A DNA stretch of 248,000 nucleotides from Hyalangium minutum (GTDB lineage Bacteria; Myxococcota; Myxococcia; Myxococcales; Myxococcaceae), in assembly GCF_000737315.1 (NCBI RefSeq), contig NZ_JMCB01000006.1, positions 20,001 through 268,000 on the forward strand. The letters run 5' to 3'. This document shows positions 125,035-135,619 of the stretch, piece after piece (the stretch's first letter is position 1; every line of letters begins with the position of its first letter). The position numbers and the translations under genes were made by a program. Under the pieces are notes generated by a model. It was given only the letters and a program-made list of their open reading frames with translations. It had not been told where the DNA came from and searched no databases.

Positions 125035-126057
125035 ATGCCTTCTGCCCTTCGCTCCCTGCTTCTGCTCACGCTGCCGCTGGTGGCGTGCGAGCGCGCGCCC
125101 GCCCCGGGACGCGCCGAGGTGGACGTGCGCCACACGCGCGAGGAAGCCGGCACTCCGGTGGCGCGCTGGCAGGGGGACATGCTCACCGCCGAGGCGCTGG
125201 AGCAGCGCTTCCTGGAGATGAGCCCCGCCCTGCGCGAGCGCTACCAGACGCCCGAGGCCAAGCGCGAGTACGTGGAGAGCGTGGCCCGCTTCGAGCTGCT
125301 GGCGCGCGAGGCGCTCGAGCGGGGGCTGCAGAATGACCCCGAGGTGCTGGCCAGCTTCAAGCGGGCCCTGGTGAGCCGGTTGACCCGCCAGCAGCTGGAG
125401 AAGGCCGACGTCACGGTGACCGACGCCGAGGTGGCCGAGGCCTATGCGAAGGAGCGGGACAGCTTCTCGCGGCCCGCCCAGGTGCGCCTGTCGCACGTCT
125501 TCCTGGCGGCGCCTCGCGGAGATGCGGCCCGGGTGGCCACGGTTCGTGCCCGAGCCGAGGCGCTGATGAAGCAGATCCGCGCGCTGCCTCCCGCTGACTT
125601 CAAGTCCTTCGGGCAGGTGGCCCGGGAGCAGAGCGAGGAGCCTCGCACCCAGCCGCTGGATGGGGACATGCGCTTCCTCTCCGACGAGGCGCTCGCTCGC
125701 GCGTATGGCCCCGAGGTGCTCGCGGCGGCACGTGAGCTGAAAGAGTCGGGCGATGTGGTGGGGCCGGTGCAGACAGAGCAGGGCTTCCACCTCCTCAAGC
125801 TGAACGGACGGCTGCCCGCGGTGGACCTCTCCTTGGAGGAGGTACGCGAGCAGCTCACCCAGCGGCTTCGAGGCCTGAAGCAGAACCGAGCCTGGGCGGA
125901 CTTCCTGGAGGGCTTGGAGCGCCGCCAGGGGCTCTCCGTGGACGCGGCAGCGCTGGCGCGGGTGCCGGTGGACATGTCCGCGCCCATGCGTGCGCCCTTG
126001 GGGCCGCTGCCGGGGACGGTGCCCGCCCCCTATGCCTCTGAGGGGGAAATGCCATGA
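125035..126057 (+). CDS. PpiC-type peptidylprolyl isomerase lipoprotein
   Basis: LSHVF, QTEQGFHL. Confidence 0.85.
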   Translation: MPSALRSLLLLTLPLVACERAPAPGRAEVDVRHTREEAGTPVARWQGDMLTAEALEQRFLEMSPALRERYQTPEAKREYVESVARFELLAREALERGLQNDPEVLASFKRALVSRLTRQQLEKADVTVTDAEVAEAYAKERDSFSRPAQVRLSHVFLAAPRGDAARVATVRARAEALMKQIRALPPADFKSFGQVAREQSEEPRTQPLDGDMRFLSDEALARAYGPEVLAAARELKESGDVVGPVQTEQGFHLLKLNGRLPAVDLSLEEVREQLTQRLRGLKQNRAWADFLEGLERRQGLSVDAAALARVPVDMSAPMRAPLGPLPGTVPAPYASEGEMP

Positions 126058-126131
126058 AGGCTACCTTGCCGGGCGCTCAGGCGTGGGCCACCGTTGCCCT
126101 TCTCTCGCGTCCCTCGTAGAGGAGAGCTTGC

Positions 126132-127130
126132 ATGCGCCCCTTTCCTACCCGCACTTCTCCGCTCCTCCTCGTGACCCTGGCGCTCGGCACCCTGGGCGCG
126201 GTGGGCTGCAACAAGCCGCCCGAGGCGGAGCCCGATGCCAACGTGGTGGCCACGGTGAATGGCGAGGGGGTGCGCCGCGCCGACTTCGAACAGGAGCTGA
126301 CGCGGGAGCTGTCCTCCTCCGAGGGCCCCGAGCTCACGCCCGAGGAGGTAGAGCCCTTCAAGCGGGCGCTGCTGGACAGCATCGTGAAGCGGCTGCTGCT
126401 GTTGCAGGAGGCGAAGCAGCACAACATCACCGTGACGCCGGAGGAGGTGGACCGGCAGATGCTGCGGCTGACGGGCGACTACCCCACGGACAGCTTCAGC
126501 GACGCGCTGGCACAGGGGCAGCTGTCGCTGGCCGAGCTGCGGGCGCGCGAGTCCCAGCGGCTCATCATCGAGAAGCTCTTCGCGAACCACGTGTACGCGC
126601 GCGTGGCGGTGACGGAGGAGGAGCTGCGCGCGTACTTCACGGCCCACGAGGCGGAGTTCCAGGAGCCGGAGGAGGTCCACGCGGCGCAGTTGGTGGTGAA
126701 GGGGCTGGACGAGGCCAAGCGGGTGCAGGCACTGCTGAAATCGGGGAAGAAGTTCGCGGATCTGGCGCGGCGCTACTCGCTGAGCGCGGACGCGAAGGTG
126801 GGCGGGGACTTGGGGTTCTTCCCGCGTGGGCAGATGCCGAAGGCGTTCGATGACGTGGTGTTCAACATGCGGCCGGGACAGGTGTCGGACGTGGTGTCCA
126901 CGGAGTACGGCTTCCACCTGTTCAAGGTCATCGAGTTCAAGCCGGGCCGGAAGCGGGACCTCGCGGAGGTGCGAGGGCAGATCGAGGCGCGCATCGTGAT
127001 GCTCAAGCAGTCCGAGGCGCAGGAGGCCTTCGAGAAGGAACTGCAGGAGAAGGCCAAAATCTGGGTGAACGAGGCAGCACTGCAGACCATCCGTGGCAAG
127101 CCTGTGCCGCAGGCCCCGGCGGCGGAGTAG
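126132..127130 (+). CDS. PpiC-type peptidylprolyl isomerase lipoprotein
   Basis: GGDLGFF, TEYGFHL. Confidence 0.9.
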   Translation: MRPFPTRTSPLLLVTLALGTLGAVGCNKPPEAEPDANVVATVNGEGVRRADFEQELTRELSSSEGPELTPEEVEPFKRALLDSIVKRLLLLQEAKQHNITVTPEEVDRQMLRLTGDYPTDSFSDALAQGQLSLAELRARESQRLIIEKLFANHVYARVAVTEEELRAYFTAHEAEFQEPEEVHAAQLVVKGLDEAKRVQALLKSGKKFADLARRYSLSADAKVGGDLGFFPRGQMPKAFDDVVFNMRPGQVSDVVSTEYGFHLFKVIEFKPGRKRDLAEVRGQIEARIVMLKQSEAQEAFEKELQEKAKIWVNEAALQTIRGKPVPQAPAAE

Positions 127131-127179
127131 AACAGAGTTCGAGCCCCGGCAGGGCCTGGGGCGCATCCGAGGGATTGAG

Positions 127180-128145
127180 ATGAAGACGTGGCTGGGAGTC
127201 ATCGCGGTGGCCGTGCTGGTGGTGGCGGGGGCGGCGCGCGCGGAGCTGGTGGACAAGGTGGCGGCGGTGGTGAACCGCGACATCATCGCACTGTCCGAGG
127301 TGCAGCAGCGGGCCTCGCCGGAGCTGGCGCGGCTGACGGAGCGGGATCCGCGCAAGCGCACCGAGCAGCGCAACCAGGTGATGAAGCTGGCGCTGGACCA
127401 GCTCATCGCGGAGAAGCTGGTGGAGGCGGAGGTGAAGGAGCTGGGGTTGACGTCCTCGGCCTCGGAGATCGACGAGGCGATGGCGGACGTGCAGCGGCAG
127501 AACAGCATCACGGATCCGGCGCAGTTCGAGCAGTTGCTGGCGCGCGAGGGCTACACGCTGAAGACCTACAAGGAGTTCCTCGGCAAGCAGATTGCGCGCG
127601 GCAAGCTCATGCAGCTGAAGGTGTCGTCGAAGATCAAGGTGTCCGAGGAGGACCTGAAGGCGGCCTACGCGCAGTACGCGAAGAACGAGGGCGAGGACGT
127701 GGAGGTGCACGCGCGGCACATCCTGGTGTCGGTGGATCCGAAGGCGACGCCGGAGGAGGTGGAGGCGGCGCGGAAGAAGGCGCTGACCATCATGGAGGAG
127801 GCGCGGCGGCCGGGGATGGACTTCTCGTCGCTGGCGAAGGCGCGCAGCGAGGGCCCGAGCAAGGAGGACGGTGGAGACCTGGGCTTCTTCCGGCGCGGAG
127901 TGATGGTGCCGGCGTTCGAGAAGGCGGCGTTCTCGCTGAAGGAGGGCGAGGTGAGCGAGCCAATCCGCACCAACTTTGGATGGCACGTGCTGAAGGTGGA
128001 GGAGCGGCGAGCGGTGGGGGTGGCGGACTACGAGGAGCTGCGGCCGAAGCTGGAGATGCAGCTGCGGCAACAGAAGACGGAGAAGTTCGTCGACCAGTAC
128101 GTGCAGGAGCTGAAGAAGAAGGCCGTCATCGAGGTGAAGCTCTGA
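127180..128145 (+). CDS. surA: SurA-like chaperone/PPIase
   Basis: VDKVAAVVNRDII, HARHIL, GGDLG; upstream of pdxA. Confidence 0.85.
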   Translation: MKTWLGVIAVAVLVVAGAARAELVDKVAAVVNRDIIALSEVQQRASPELARLTERDPRKRTEQRNQVMKLALDQLIAEKLVEAEVKELGLTSSASEIDEAMADVQRQNSITDPAQFEQLLAREGYTLKTYKEFLGKQIARGKLMQLKVSSKIKVSEEDLKAAYAQYAKNEGEDVEVHARHILVSVDPKATPEEVEAARKKALTIMEEARRPGMDFSSLAKARSEGPSKEDGGDLGFFRRGVMVPAFEKAAFSLKEGEVSEPIRTNFGWHVLKVEERRAVGVADYEELRPKLEMQLRQQKTEKFVDQYVQELKKKAVIEVKL

Positions 128146-128156
128146 GCACCCAGCAT

Positions 128157-129131
128157 GTGCCGGTGGTGGGTATCTCCCTGGGCGATGTGTCCGGCATCGG
128201 CCCAGAGGTGACGGCAGCGGCGCTGGCGCTGCCTCGGGTGCGCCGGGAGCTGGTGCCAGTGGTGTTCGGAGACGGCCCCACGCTGGCGCGCTTTCCGATC
128301 TTCAAGAAGTACGCGCGCGCCACTCCGGAGACACTGAGCCGGGCCACGGGCCCCACCGTGTGCGAGGTATCCACGCTGGCCGAGAAGGATCGCCGGCCGG
128401 GCAAGCCCTCCGCGGCAGGAGGGCGCGCCCAGTACACTTATGTGACGGCGGCCATCGAGGCCGCGCGCGCCGGGCACGTCGATGCGCTGTGCACAGCACC
128501 GGTGTCCAAGGAGCAGATTTCCCGCGCGGGGATTCCCTTCATGGGACACACCGAGGTGCTGGCAGAGGCATTCGGCGTCGAGGTGCTGATGCTGATGGAT
128601 GGGCCTCGGGTGCGCATCGCACTGGCCACCAACCACGTGCCCGTGTCCGCGCTGCCCCAGCTGCTGACGGTGGAGAAGCTCACGGAGCAGCTCGTGCTGC
128701 TGTCGCGAGAGCTGAAGCCCGTGGTGGGACGCCGCCCGCGCATCGCGGTGCTGGGCCTCAATCCCCACGCGGGCGAGGGCGGGCTCTTGGGGCGCGAGGA
128801 AGTGGAGATCATCTCTCCCGCCATCCAGCAAGCCCGGAAGGCGCGGGTGGATGCGCACGGACCGATTCCCGCGGATGGCCTGTTCGCGCGGCCGGATGAC
128901 ATCCCCTACGACGCGGTGCTGGCCATGTACCACGACCAGGGCCTCATCCCCGCCAAGGCCCTGGACTTCGAGCGCACCGTGAACGTGACGCTGGGACTCC
129001 CGGTGCCTCGCACGTCGCCAGACCACGGCACCGCGTACTCGCTCGCGGGCACGGGCAAGGCCAGCCGCGTGCCCATGGTGGAGGCGCTGCTCAAGGCAGC
129101 GCTCCTGGCTCGGGCCAGGCTCAGAAGATGA
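128157..129131 (+). CDS. pdxA: 4-hydroxythreonine-4-phosphate dehydrogenase
   Basis: GDVSGIGPE, GHTE, LNPHAGE, MYHDQG, RTSPDHGTA. Confidence 0.95.
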   Translation: MPVVGISLGDVSGIGPEVTAAALALPRVRRELVPVVFGDGPTLARFPIFKKYARATPETLSRATGPTVCEVSTLAEKDRRPGKPSAAGGRAQYTYVTAAIEAARAGHVDALCTAPVSKEQISRAGIPFMGHTEVLAEAFGVEVLMLMDGPRVRIALATNHVPVSALPQLLTVEKLTEQLVLLSRELKPVVGRRPRIAVLGLNPHAGEGGLLGREEVEIISPAIQQARKARVDAHGPIPADGLFARPDDIPYDAVLAMYHDQGLIPAKALDFERTVNVTLGLPVPRTSPDHGTAYSLAGTGKASRVPMVEALLKAALLARARLRR

Positions 129132-130746
129132 AGGGGAAGCGGATCGCCCCCATCTGAGTCCGGTGCTTCGGGAACTTCCACCCGCGCACCACGTCTTCGA
129201 CGCAGGTCGCCAGCGCGGTCCCCTTCAACGCCTTCGTCTCCATCGTGGCCTGCTGGGTGGAGCCGCTCGGCAGGATGAACCACCGCACCATGAACTTGCC
129301 CCCGCTCAGCCCGGGGATCGCCTCCTTGTGCCGCTGGATGCAAGAGGAGATGGCCGGCTGGTTCGCGATCACCACCTGCTGGATGTCATCGGGCGCGAGC
129401 GTCTCCGGGAGGTTCGCGTCCGGATCCGGAGGAACCCACACCGACTTCACACGCGTGGACTCCGGCTTCTTCTGGATCGCATCCTTCGTGAAGCCCAGCT
129501 TCCGCGCGAACTCCTCGTCGAACTCGGAGCCGTCATCGGCTTCGCTCTGTGGCGCCGGAGGAGGCTCAGCCTTCGCCACCACCGGAGCACGTGTCTCCTG
129601 CGGCGGCTGAAGCACCGGAAGCTCTTCCTCCTCGGCATCCTCTAGGGACGGGTCCTCGAGCTGGCGCCGAGCCTCCACGGCCGGAGCCCTCCGCGCTTGG
129701 ACCTTCTCACGTGACGGGAGCGCCTCGGCCTTCACGGAGGTGCCCACCGGCCCCGGGCTTCGCGACACCGAGGCCCCGGCCTTGTCACCGGGAACCACCG
129801 CCCCCGGAACAGGCACCGGCACGGCGTGCGCGATCGACGCGGCCTCCAGCGAAGTCTTGGGCTCGGGGATTGACGCGGCCTGAGCCACGGCTCCAGCAGC
129901 GGGCTCCGCCTGTGGCGCGGGCACCGGCGCGGGAGGTGTCGGCTCACGCGTGGCCACCGCCCTCCCGGGAACCACCGGTCCCGGCACCGCCTCCACAGTC
130001 CCGTTCGCCACCGAGACCCAGTCCGCGACGAGCCGCCCCGGCTCGCGCGGGAGCGGCGAGTCCTTCACGACGAGCACAGGCTCCAGAACCGCCGCAGCAG
130101 CCACCGTGGCCACTGTGCCCGCGGGTGCATAGGCGGCCATCACCTGCGCCCGGTCCGGCAGGCTGTCTCGCGTCATCCAGAGCATCGCCGCGACGAATGC
130201 GCTCGCAGCGCTCACCCCCGTCAGGGCTCCCACCATCAGCCACGGCGCGCGGCTCGGCGCCGCAGGAGCGGGAGCCACAGGGAGGTTCCTCCCCTGCTGC
130301 ATCAGGTGCGGCGCCATGGCCAACCCCGGCAAGGGCGCAGGCAGCGGAGCCCACGGGGCCTCCAGACGGGACGGATCCACAGGCGAAGCAGGACCCAGCT
130401 CGGGTTCCGGCTTCACCCTCAGGTGCTCTGGGACTTCACACGCCGTGCTCTCGATGTCCTGAGCGTTCTCCGCGGACGGCTCCACCGCGGGCTTCCCGCG
130501 CAGCCACTGCTCCTCTTCAGCCGCCAGCGCGAGCACGCTCTGCAGACGCTCCGCGGGCTTCTCCGTCTCAGGCGCAGGCTTCGCCTCCACCGGAAGCTGG
130601 GCGGACAGCTCCCGATCCAGATACGCATCCAGCTCCGCGTCGAGTGCCTCGTGCACATCTCCTGAGACACCGCTGCCGTGATGTTCCTTCCACGCCGCGC
130701 CTTGGACGGAGAGCGGATCCGTCCGCTCCGTTGGATTCTCGACCAC
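129121..130746 (-). CDS. Pro/Ala-rich protein with AgmX/PglI-like C-terminal domain
   Basis: Single TM, low-complexity linker, C-terminal VRWFILPSG..WKFP. Confidence 0.7.
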   Translation of the reverse strand: MVENPTERTDPLSVQGAAWKEHHGSGVSGDVHEALDAELDAYLDRELSAQLPVEAKPAPETEKPAERLQSVLALAAEEEQWLRGKPAVEPSAENAQDIESTACEVPEHLRVKPEPELGPASPVDPSRLEAPWAPLPAPLPGLAMAPHLMQQGRNLPVAPAPAAPSRAPWLMVGALTGVSAASAFVAAMLWMTRDSLPDRAQVMAAYAPAGTVATVAAAAVLEPVLVVKDSPLPREPGRLVADWVSVANGTVEAVPGPVVPGRAVATREPTPPAPVPAPQAEPAAGAVAQAASIPEPKTSLEAASIAHAVPVPVPGAVVPGDKAGASVSRSPGPVGTSVKAEALPSREKVQARRAPAVEARRQLEDPSLEDAEEEELPVLQPPQETRAPVVAKAEPPPAPQSEADDGSEFDEEFARKLGFTKDAIQKKPESTRVKSVWVPPDPDANLPETLAPDDIQQVVIANQPAISSCIQRHKEAIPGLSGGKFMVRWFILPSGSTQQATMETKALKGTALATCVEDVVRGWKFPKHRTQMGAIRFPFIF

Positions 130747-130950
130747 GCCCCACCCCCTGGCCCAACCCGATAAAGCTGCCCAAAGCTAGGCAGTCTCACG
130801 GGCCATGCCACCCGGATGTTCACCAGCGGGCAGTGGCTCCTTCCGCTAACAGGCACTGCATCCCTAGAGCGTCGCGTGCCACGCAGCAGGACCCGCTCCC
130901 AAGGGTGTAGGCCCTTCTTCTCGCAACACGGCCGCCCATCTCGTGCCGGA

Positions 130951-132078
130951 CTACTCCTGGGCCGCGATCCGCCGCGTGGCGAGCGGTGCCAGCCTCCGCA
131001 TGGAGGCCTTGCCGACCACCACGTCCACCATCTTCCGCACCCGCGTCCAGACGCTCTCCTGCACGTAGGGCACACCATACCGCTCGCACAGGGCGCGCAC
131101 CTTCGGCTGTGCCTCGCGGTACTTGAGCATCGGCAGATCCGGCCAGAGGTGATGCTCAATCTGATAGTTCAGCCACAGGTGCGCGAAGTCGTTCAGGTCC
131201 CCGCCCGTGCGGTAGTTGGCGCTCCCCACCACCTGCTGCACGAACCGGGCGCCCCGGCTCTCGGGCGGCGCGTCGAACCGGTAGAGATCTCCGCCCGTGT
131301 GGTTGGGCCCCACCACGAGGAAGGTGTGCAGGTTCGTGAGCAGATCCGCCAGCACCGAGTTGCACAGCGCGCTGAACGCCGCCCACACCCCCAGCGGCAA
131401 GAACAGCGCCGGGAGCAGCACGAAGCAGCACACCGCATAGGGCGCGTAGCACCGCGTCACCAGCTCCCACCGCTCGGCCCGGGAGAGCGAGGAGCTCTCC
131501 CGGCGGCCCTTGCGACGCCACGCACTCAGCGTCTCCGGCGCGTAATAGCTGGCCCGCCACGTCAGCGCGAGCAACCCGAGCTGCAGATAGCGAAGCACCA
131601 GCGGCCGGCGCGTGTCGCGCAGCGTGTCCTCGGCATTGCGCTCGAGCAGATCTGGATCCGCCTCCTCGCCCGTGTGTGAATGGTGGAGCACGTTGTGCTC
131701 GAAGATCCACGCGTCCGGGAGCATCCAGTCCAGCCAGTCCAGCCACCGGCGTCCTCCACGCGCAAACCCCTTGCTCGTGCGGCCTGCGGGCAGGGACGGC
131801 ACCTGGTCATACCCGCGGTGTCCCACGTGGTGCATCAGCAGCCAGCGCGTGGAGCGCCCCAGGCTCAGCGCCGCCGCGCTCAGCGGGTTGGGCACCAGCC
131901 AGCACGTGGCCAGCCCCAGCAGCGTGGCCACCCGGCCCCAGCGCTCGATCTTCCGCAGGTGCTTCGCATCGGCCTCCCCCAGCGAGGCGTCCAGTTCCTC
132001 CCGCAGCGCCTTCAGCTCCCGCTGAAAGCCCTCCAGGTCCACGGTGGAGGGATCAAAGAAGCGCTCGGGCTGGGACAT
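130951..132078 (-). CDS. Fatty acid desaturase family protein
   Basis: HHVGH, HNVLHH, QIEHH. Confidence 0.88.
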   Translation of the reverse strand: MSQPERFFDPSTVDLEGFQRELKALREELDASLGEADAKHLRKIERWGRVATLLGLATCWLVPNPLSAAALSLGRSTRWLLMHHVGHRGYDQVPSLPAGRTSKGFARGGRRWLDWLDWMLPDAWIFEHNVLHHSHTGEEADPDLLERNAEDTLRDTRRPLVLRYLQLGLLALTWRASYYAPETLSAWRRKGRRESSSLSRAERWELVTRCYAPYAVCCFVLLPALFLPLGVWAAFSALCNSVLADLLTNLHTFLVVGPNHTGGDLYRFDAPPESRGARFVQQVVGSANYRTGGDLNDFAHLWLNYQIEHHLWPDLPMLKYREAQPKVRALCERYGVPYVQESVWTRVRKMVDVVVGKASMRRLAPLATRRIAAQE

Positions 132079-132204
132079 GCCAAGGTGTCTCGGGCAAGGG
132101 GGACAGCGCGGAGCCTACCAGCGTTTCCGCCTCGGCCCGCGCCAGAGCCTGAGTGCCGCAACCCCGCTTCGTTTGGGCCGCCCTTCTGCTATGTGCTGTT
132201 CGTG

Positions 132205-134082
132205 GTGAGACGCATACCCCGAGGCACACTCCCAACCGGCATCTTCCTCCTGGCCTGGGGCAGCCTGCTCGTGCAGGTGCTCCTCCACTTTGCCCCGGGG
132301 AATGCCGCCGTCACGGGCTGGAACTCCGACGCCTCCATCACGGTGCTGCAGTCGAATGATCCGGTGTTCGATGCCTTCCGGCTCTACTACTACGGGCAGG
132401 ATCGCATCGGCGCGTGGCCGTGGCTGCTGGCCCAGGGCTGGCGCGCGCTGACGGGCTTCGACTGGACGCCCTGGCGCGTCTTCGCGTGGCAGGCCACCTG
132501 GGCCTGTATCGCCTGCCTCGCGCTCCGAGGGCTCCAGCAACAGGCCGGGTGGCTGCTGGCGGCCACCTTCGGCGCGCTCGCCCTGCTCTCGCCCCTCTTC
132601 CAGGTGCAGCTCTTCGCGCTCAGCCAGCCGTTTGGGTGGCAGCTCACGGCGCTCTTCCTCGCGTGGTGGGCGCTGATGCGGCTCTTGCGCCACCTGGGCG
132701 GTCCCTCCTCCGGGCCTGGGGCTGTGGCCCGCTGGGCCGCTGCCTCTGTGCTCTTCTGCACGCTGGCGTGCTGGACCTCCCCCACCTCCGGGCCGCTGCT
132801 CCTGGTAGCCATCGTGGTGGAGGGCGTTCGCGTAGGGCTTGTCAGCCCGGGGAGACGGCGCTGGGCCTTGCTGGCCGCACTCGTTCCGCTGGCGGCGGGC
132901 ATCGGCTTCGAGTCCGCGACCCGCCACTTCTTCCATCGCTTCGCGAAGAAGCAGTTTGGCCATGCGTATGCCACCCAGCTGAAGGTGGACAAAGGCTTCC
133001 TCGCGGAGAACGCCCGAGCCATGTTCGGACGCCTCCTCGAGGACCCGCTGGGGGTGGTGGTACTCGTGGGGCTCGGGTTGGCGGTGGTGGCGGCGGTGTT
133101 CCTCGTGCTCCAGCTGCGCCGGCGCGCCCTGGATCCGCGCCGGCCCCAGGAGGAGCTCGCGTTCCTCACGATCGCGCTCGCGGGCGGGGCGCTCGGCAAC
133201 GCCTTCATCGCCACCGTGGTGCTCCACGTGCGCATCAATGGCCATGACATCCGGTACCTGGTGCCCACGTTCGTGCTCGGCACGCTGGCCGCAGCCTCGG
133301 GGCTGAGCCTCGTCTTGCACCTCGTACCTGCACTGCGCACCCGGGCGGCGGGCCTGTCGGTGCTGGCCGCGGGAGGGCTCTTCGCCGCAAGCCACCTGCT
133401 CGTGCAGCCCCGCATTCCCGAGCCGACGCTGGAGCTGGCACAGGCCGCCGCGGACGCGGTGGTGGCCCGCGCGGGCGAGACGGTCCTGCTCGGCGGTTAC
133501 TGGGACACGTACTTGCTGGGCGCGCTGGATCCCGAGCACCGCCTGCTGTCGGTCTCGGTGGACGGTGACTACCAGCGCACCCCGTTCTGGATACCCAAAG
133601 TCCGCGAGGCGCAGCACATCCTGATGGCGTTCTTCCACGGGTATCTCGGGAGCGCGGAGGCTCCCGCCCCTTGGCTGTTGCAGTACGGAGCGCCGTTCCA
133701 GCTCGAGGATCCGCGCTGGGAGGTTCACCCACCCTTCACCTTCGCCCGCTACCGGAATGCCTCCTCTCAGCAGGTCCCGATGCGCTCGGAGCCCGAGAAG
133801 ACCTTCACGCCCTGCGAGCCCGGCGCCACGGTGACCTATCGCTTCGAGCAGCCCGTGGAGCGAGGCCTCCTCCTGGTGAGCACCCATGCGCCCACGAGCG
133901 GCGCCGAGGCGCGAGCCGCCGATGGAACCGAGGCCCGCGTGGAGGGAGTGCCTCACCTGTGGCTCGTGCACCTCGAGCGCGGAGCCACCCCCTGGCGTGA
134001 GGTGACGCTCCGCACCGGATCGACATCGCGCCCCGAAGACTGTTGGTACCGCAGCACCGCGCTGCTGCGCCTCGAACCCTGA
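132205..134082 (+). CDS. Multi-pass membrane hypothetical protein (GT-C-like)
   Basis: About 12 TM, YYGQDR and GYWDTY loops. Confidence 0.6.
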   Translation: MRRIPRGTLPTGIFLLAWGSLLVQVLLHFAPGNAAVTGWNSDASITVLQSNDPVFDAFRLYYYGQDRIGAWPWLLAQGWRALTGFDWTPWRVFAWQATWACIACLALRGLQQQAGWLLAATFGALALLSPLFQVQLFALSQPFGWQLTALFLAWWALMRLLRHLGGPSSGPGAVARWAAASVLFCTLACWTSPTSGPLLLVAIVVEGVRVGLVSPGRRRWALLAALVPLAAGIGFESATRHFFHRFAKKQFGHAYATQLKVDKGFLAENARAMFGRLLEDPLGVVVLVGLGLAVVAAVFLVLQLRRRALDPRRPQEELAFLTIALAGGALGNAFIATVVLHVRINGHDIRYLVPTFVLGTLAAASGLSLVLHLVPALRTRAAGLSVLAAGGLFAASHLLVQPRIPEPTLELAQAAADAVVARAGETVLLGGYWDTYLLGALDPEHRLLSVSVDGDYQRTPFWIPKVREAQHILMAFFHGYLGSAEAPAPWLLQYGAPFQLEDPRWEVHPPFTFARYRNASSQQVPMRSEPEKTFTPCEPGATVTYRFEQPVERGLLLVSTHAPTSGAEARAADGTEARVEGVPHLWLVHLERGATPWREVTLRTGSTSRPEDCWYRSTALLRLEP

Positions 134083-134091
134083 GGAGCTCCC

Positions 134092-135555
134092 TCATCCTCG
134101 GCGGAAGAACTCCTGGTTCAACCGCTGGGCGCGCTCCTCGGCGAGTTCCACTTCCTCCGTCACGTCCCGGTAGACGGTGACCTGGCCGAACTGGCCATCC
134201 GCGAAGGCCACGGGCTTGGACATCCAGCGGACCACGCGCCGGGGAAACTGCTGGAGCTCGAAGTCCTCGCGCCCCACGTAGGGACCGTCCGCGAGGACGC
134301 GCACCCGCCGCATGAAGTCCAAGGGGTCCTGGAAGCGAGTGGCGAAGGAGCGGACGAACACATCGCGGGGCTGGCCGATCAGCTCGGCCACGGTGCGGTC
134401 CGCCAGCAGGGCCATGTACTCGTTGGCGAAGAGGATGACGCGCCGGTGATCCAGGATCATCACCGCGTCATCCAGCCCGTTGAGCGCGGCCGCCAGGACG
134501 TCCGCGCGCAGGCGCTGCATCGCATGAGCATTCCGCTCCACATGGAGCGAGTGCTGGCTCCTGCGAAGCTGGACGCGCAGTTCGAGCTCTCCGGCCACCC
134601 GGCGTGCCAGCGCCACCAGCGCATCCACCTGCTCGGCGGAGATGGACAGCGGCTGCCGGTCGAGGATGCACAGCGTCCCCAGCACTGTGCCCTCACGGGT
134701 GATGAGGGGAGCGCCCGCGTACGAGCGGAACAAGCCCTCGCGCACCAGCCGGTTGGTGCTGAAGACGGGGTGAGTGGTGGCATCGGGGACCACCAGGGGC
134801 CCGGGCTGCTCCGCCTCCACCACATGGGCGCAGAGCGCCACATCGCGCTCGGTGCCGCGGTCCTGGAGCACCTGGCCCGCGAGCCCCACGTGCGCCTTGA
134901 ACCACTGCCGGTCCTCGAACACCAGGGACAGGAGCGCGATGGGCACGTTGAAGGCCTGGGCCGTCTCCTGCACGAGCCGCTGGAGCGACTCCTCGGGCGG
135001 CCCCTCATCCACGAGCTGCAGGCTGGCCAGCTTCGCCAGACGCGCCCGCTCACGAGCCAAGGCGGCGGCGGCACTCTCGGCGGGAACACCGGCCCGAAAT
135101 GGCACGGGGCGGGGCGGTAGAACCGGAGCGAGAGGCCCGGGAGGCTCGCCTGGAGAAGCGGCTGTAGTAGAGGCCTCTGGCGGCGTGCGTCCGAGCACGC
135201 GATGGACGGCCCGGCGGTAGGACTCGAGGGGAATGCCCTTGGCGAGGACCTCTTGGATACCCAGCAACTCCTTCCGCTCGAGCGCCGCGTTGCGCATCTT
135301 CACGAAGGAGGAGACCACGATGATCCTGGCAAAAGGCGAGCGCTTCCGGACCTCGCGGATGAGCTCGAAGCCATCGATGCCCGCGAGCGACAGCTCGGTG
135401 ATGACCACGGCGGGATCATCGCTGCGCTTGAGGAGCGTGGCCTTGGCGGCCTTGCCATCCGGAACGGAGATGGGCTCGAGGCCCAGCTCCACCAGCAAGG
135501 CATGAAACTTCGAGGAAGACGCGGTATCAGGATCGACGATCAGTCCCCAGGCCAT
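134092..135555 (-). CDS. Receiver-GAF-PAS protein, copy 1
   Basis: Atypical REC, RQWFKAHVG GAF, PAS; no output domain. Confidence 0.85.
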   Translation of the reverse strand: MAWGLIVDPDTASSSKFHALLVELGLEPISVPDGKAAKATLLKRSDDPAVVITELSLAGIDGFELIREVRKRSPFARIIVVSSFVKMRNAALERKELLGIQEVLAKGIPLESYRRAVHRVLGRTPPEASTTAASPGEPPGPLAPVLPPRPVPFRAGVPAESAAAALARERARLAKLASLQLVDEGPPEESLQRLVQETAQAFNVPIALLSLVFEDRQWFKAHVGLAGQVLQDRGTERDVALCAHVVEAEQPGPLVVPDATTHPVFSTNRLVREGLFRSYAGAPLITREGTVLGTLCILDRQPLSISAEQVDALVALARRVAGELELRVQLRRSQHSLHVERNAHAMQRLRADVLAAALNGLDDAVMILDHRRVILFANEYMALLADRTVAELIGQPRDVFVRSFATRFQDPLDFMRRVRVLADGPYVGREDFELQQFPRRVVRWMSKPVAFADGQFGQVTVYRDVTEEVELAEERAQRLNQEFFRRG

Positions 135556-135619
135556 GGGGGCCCTCCCTAATGGGCATTGTGCCGGAACTCAACCGGCTTC
135601 CTCGACAGGTGTCCCTAGC

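Noticed and set aside
125035-129131. Three PPIases plus pdxA as novel cluster
   Set aside because: Ordinary surA-pdxA region
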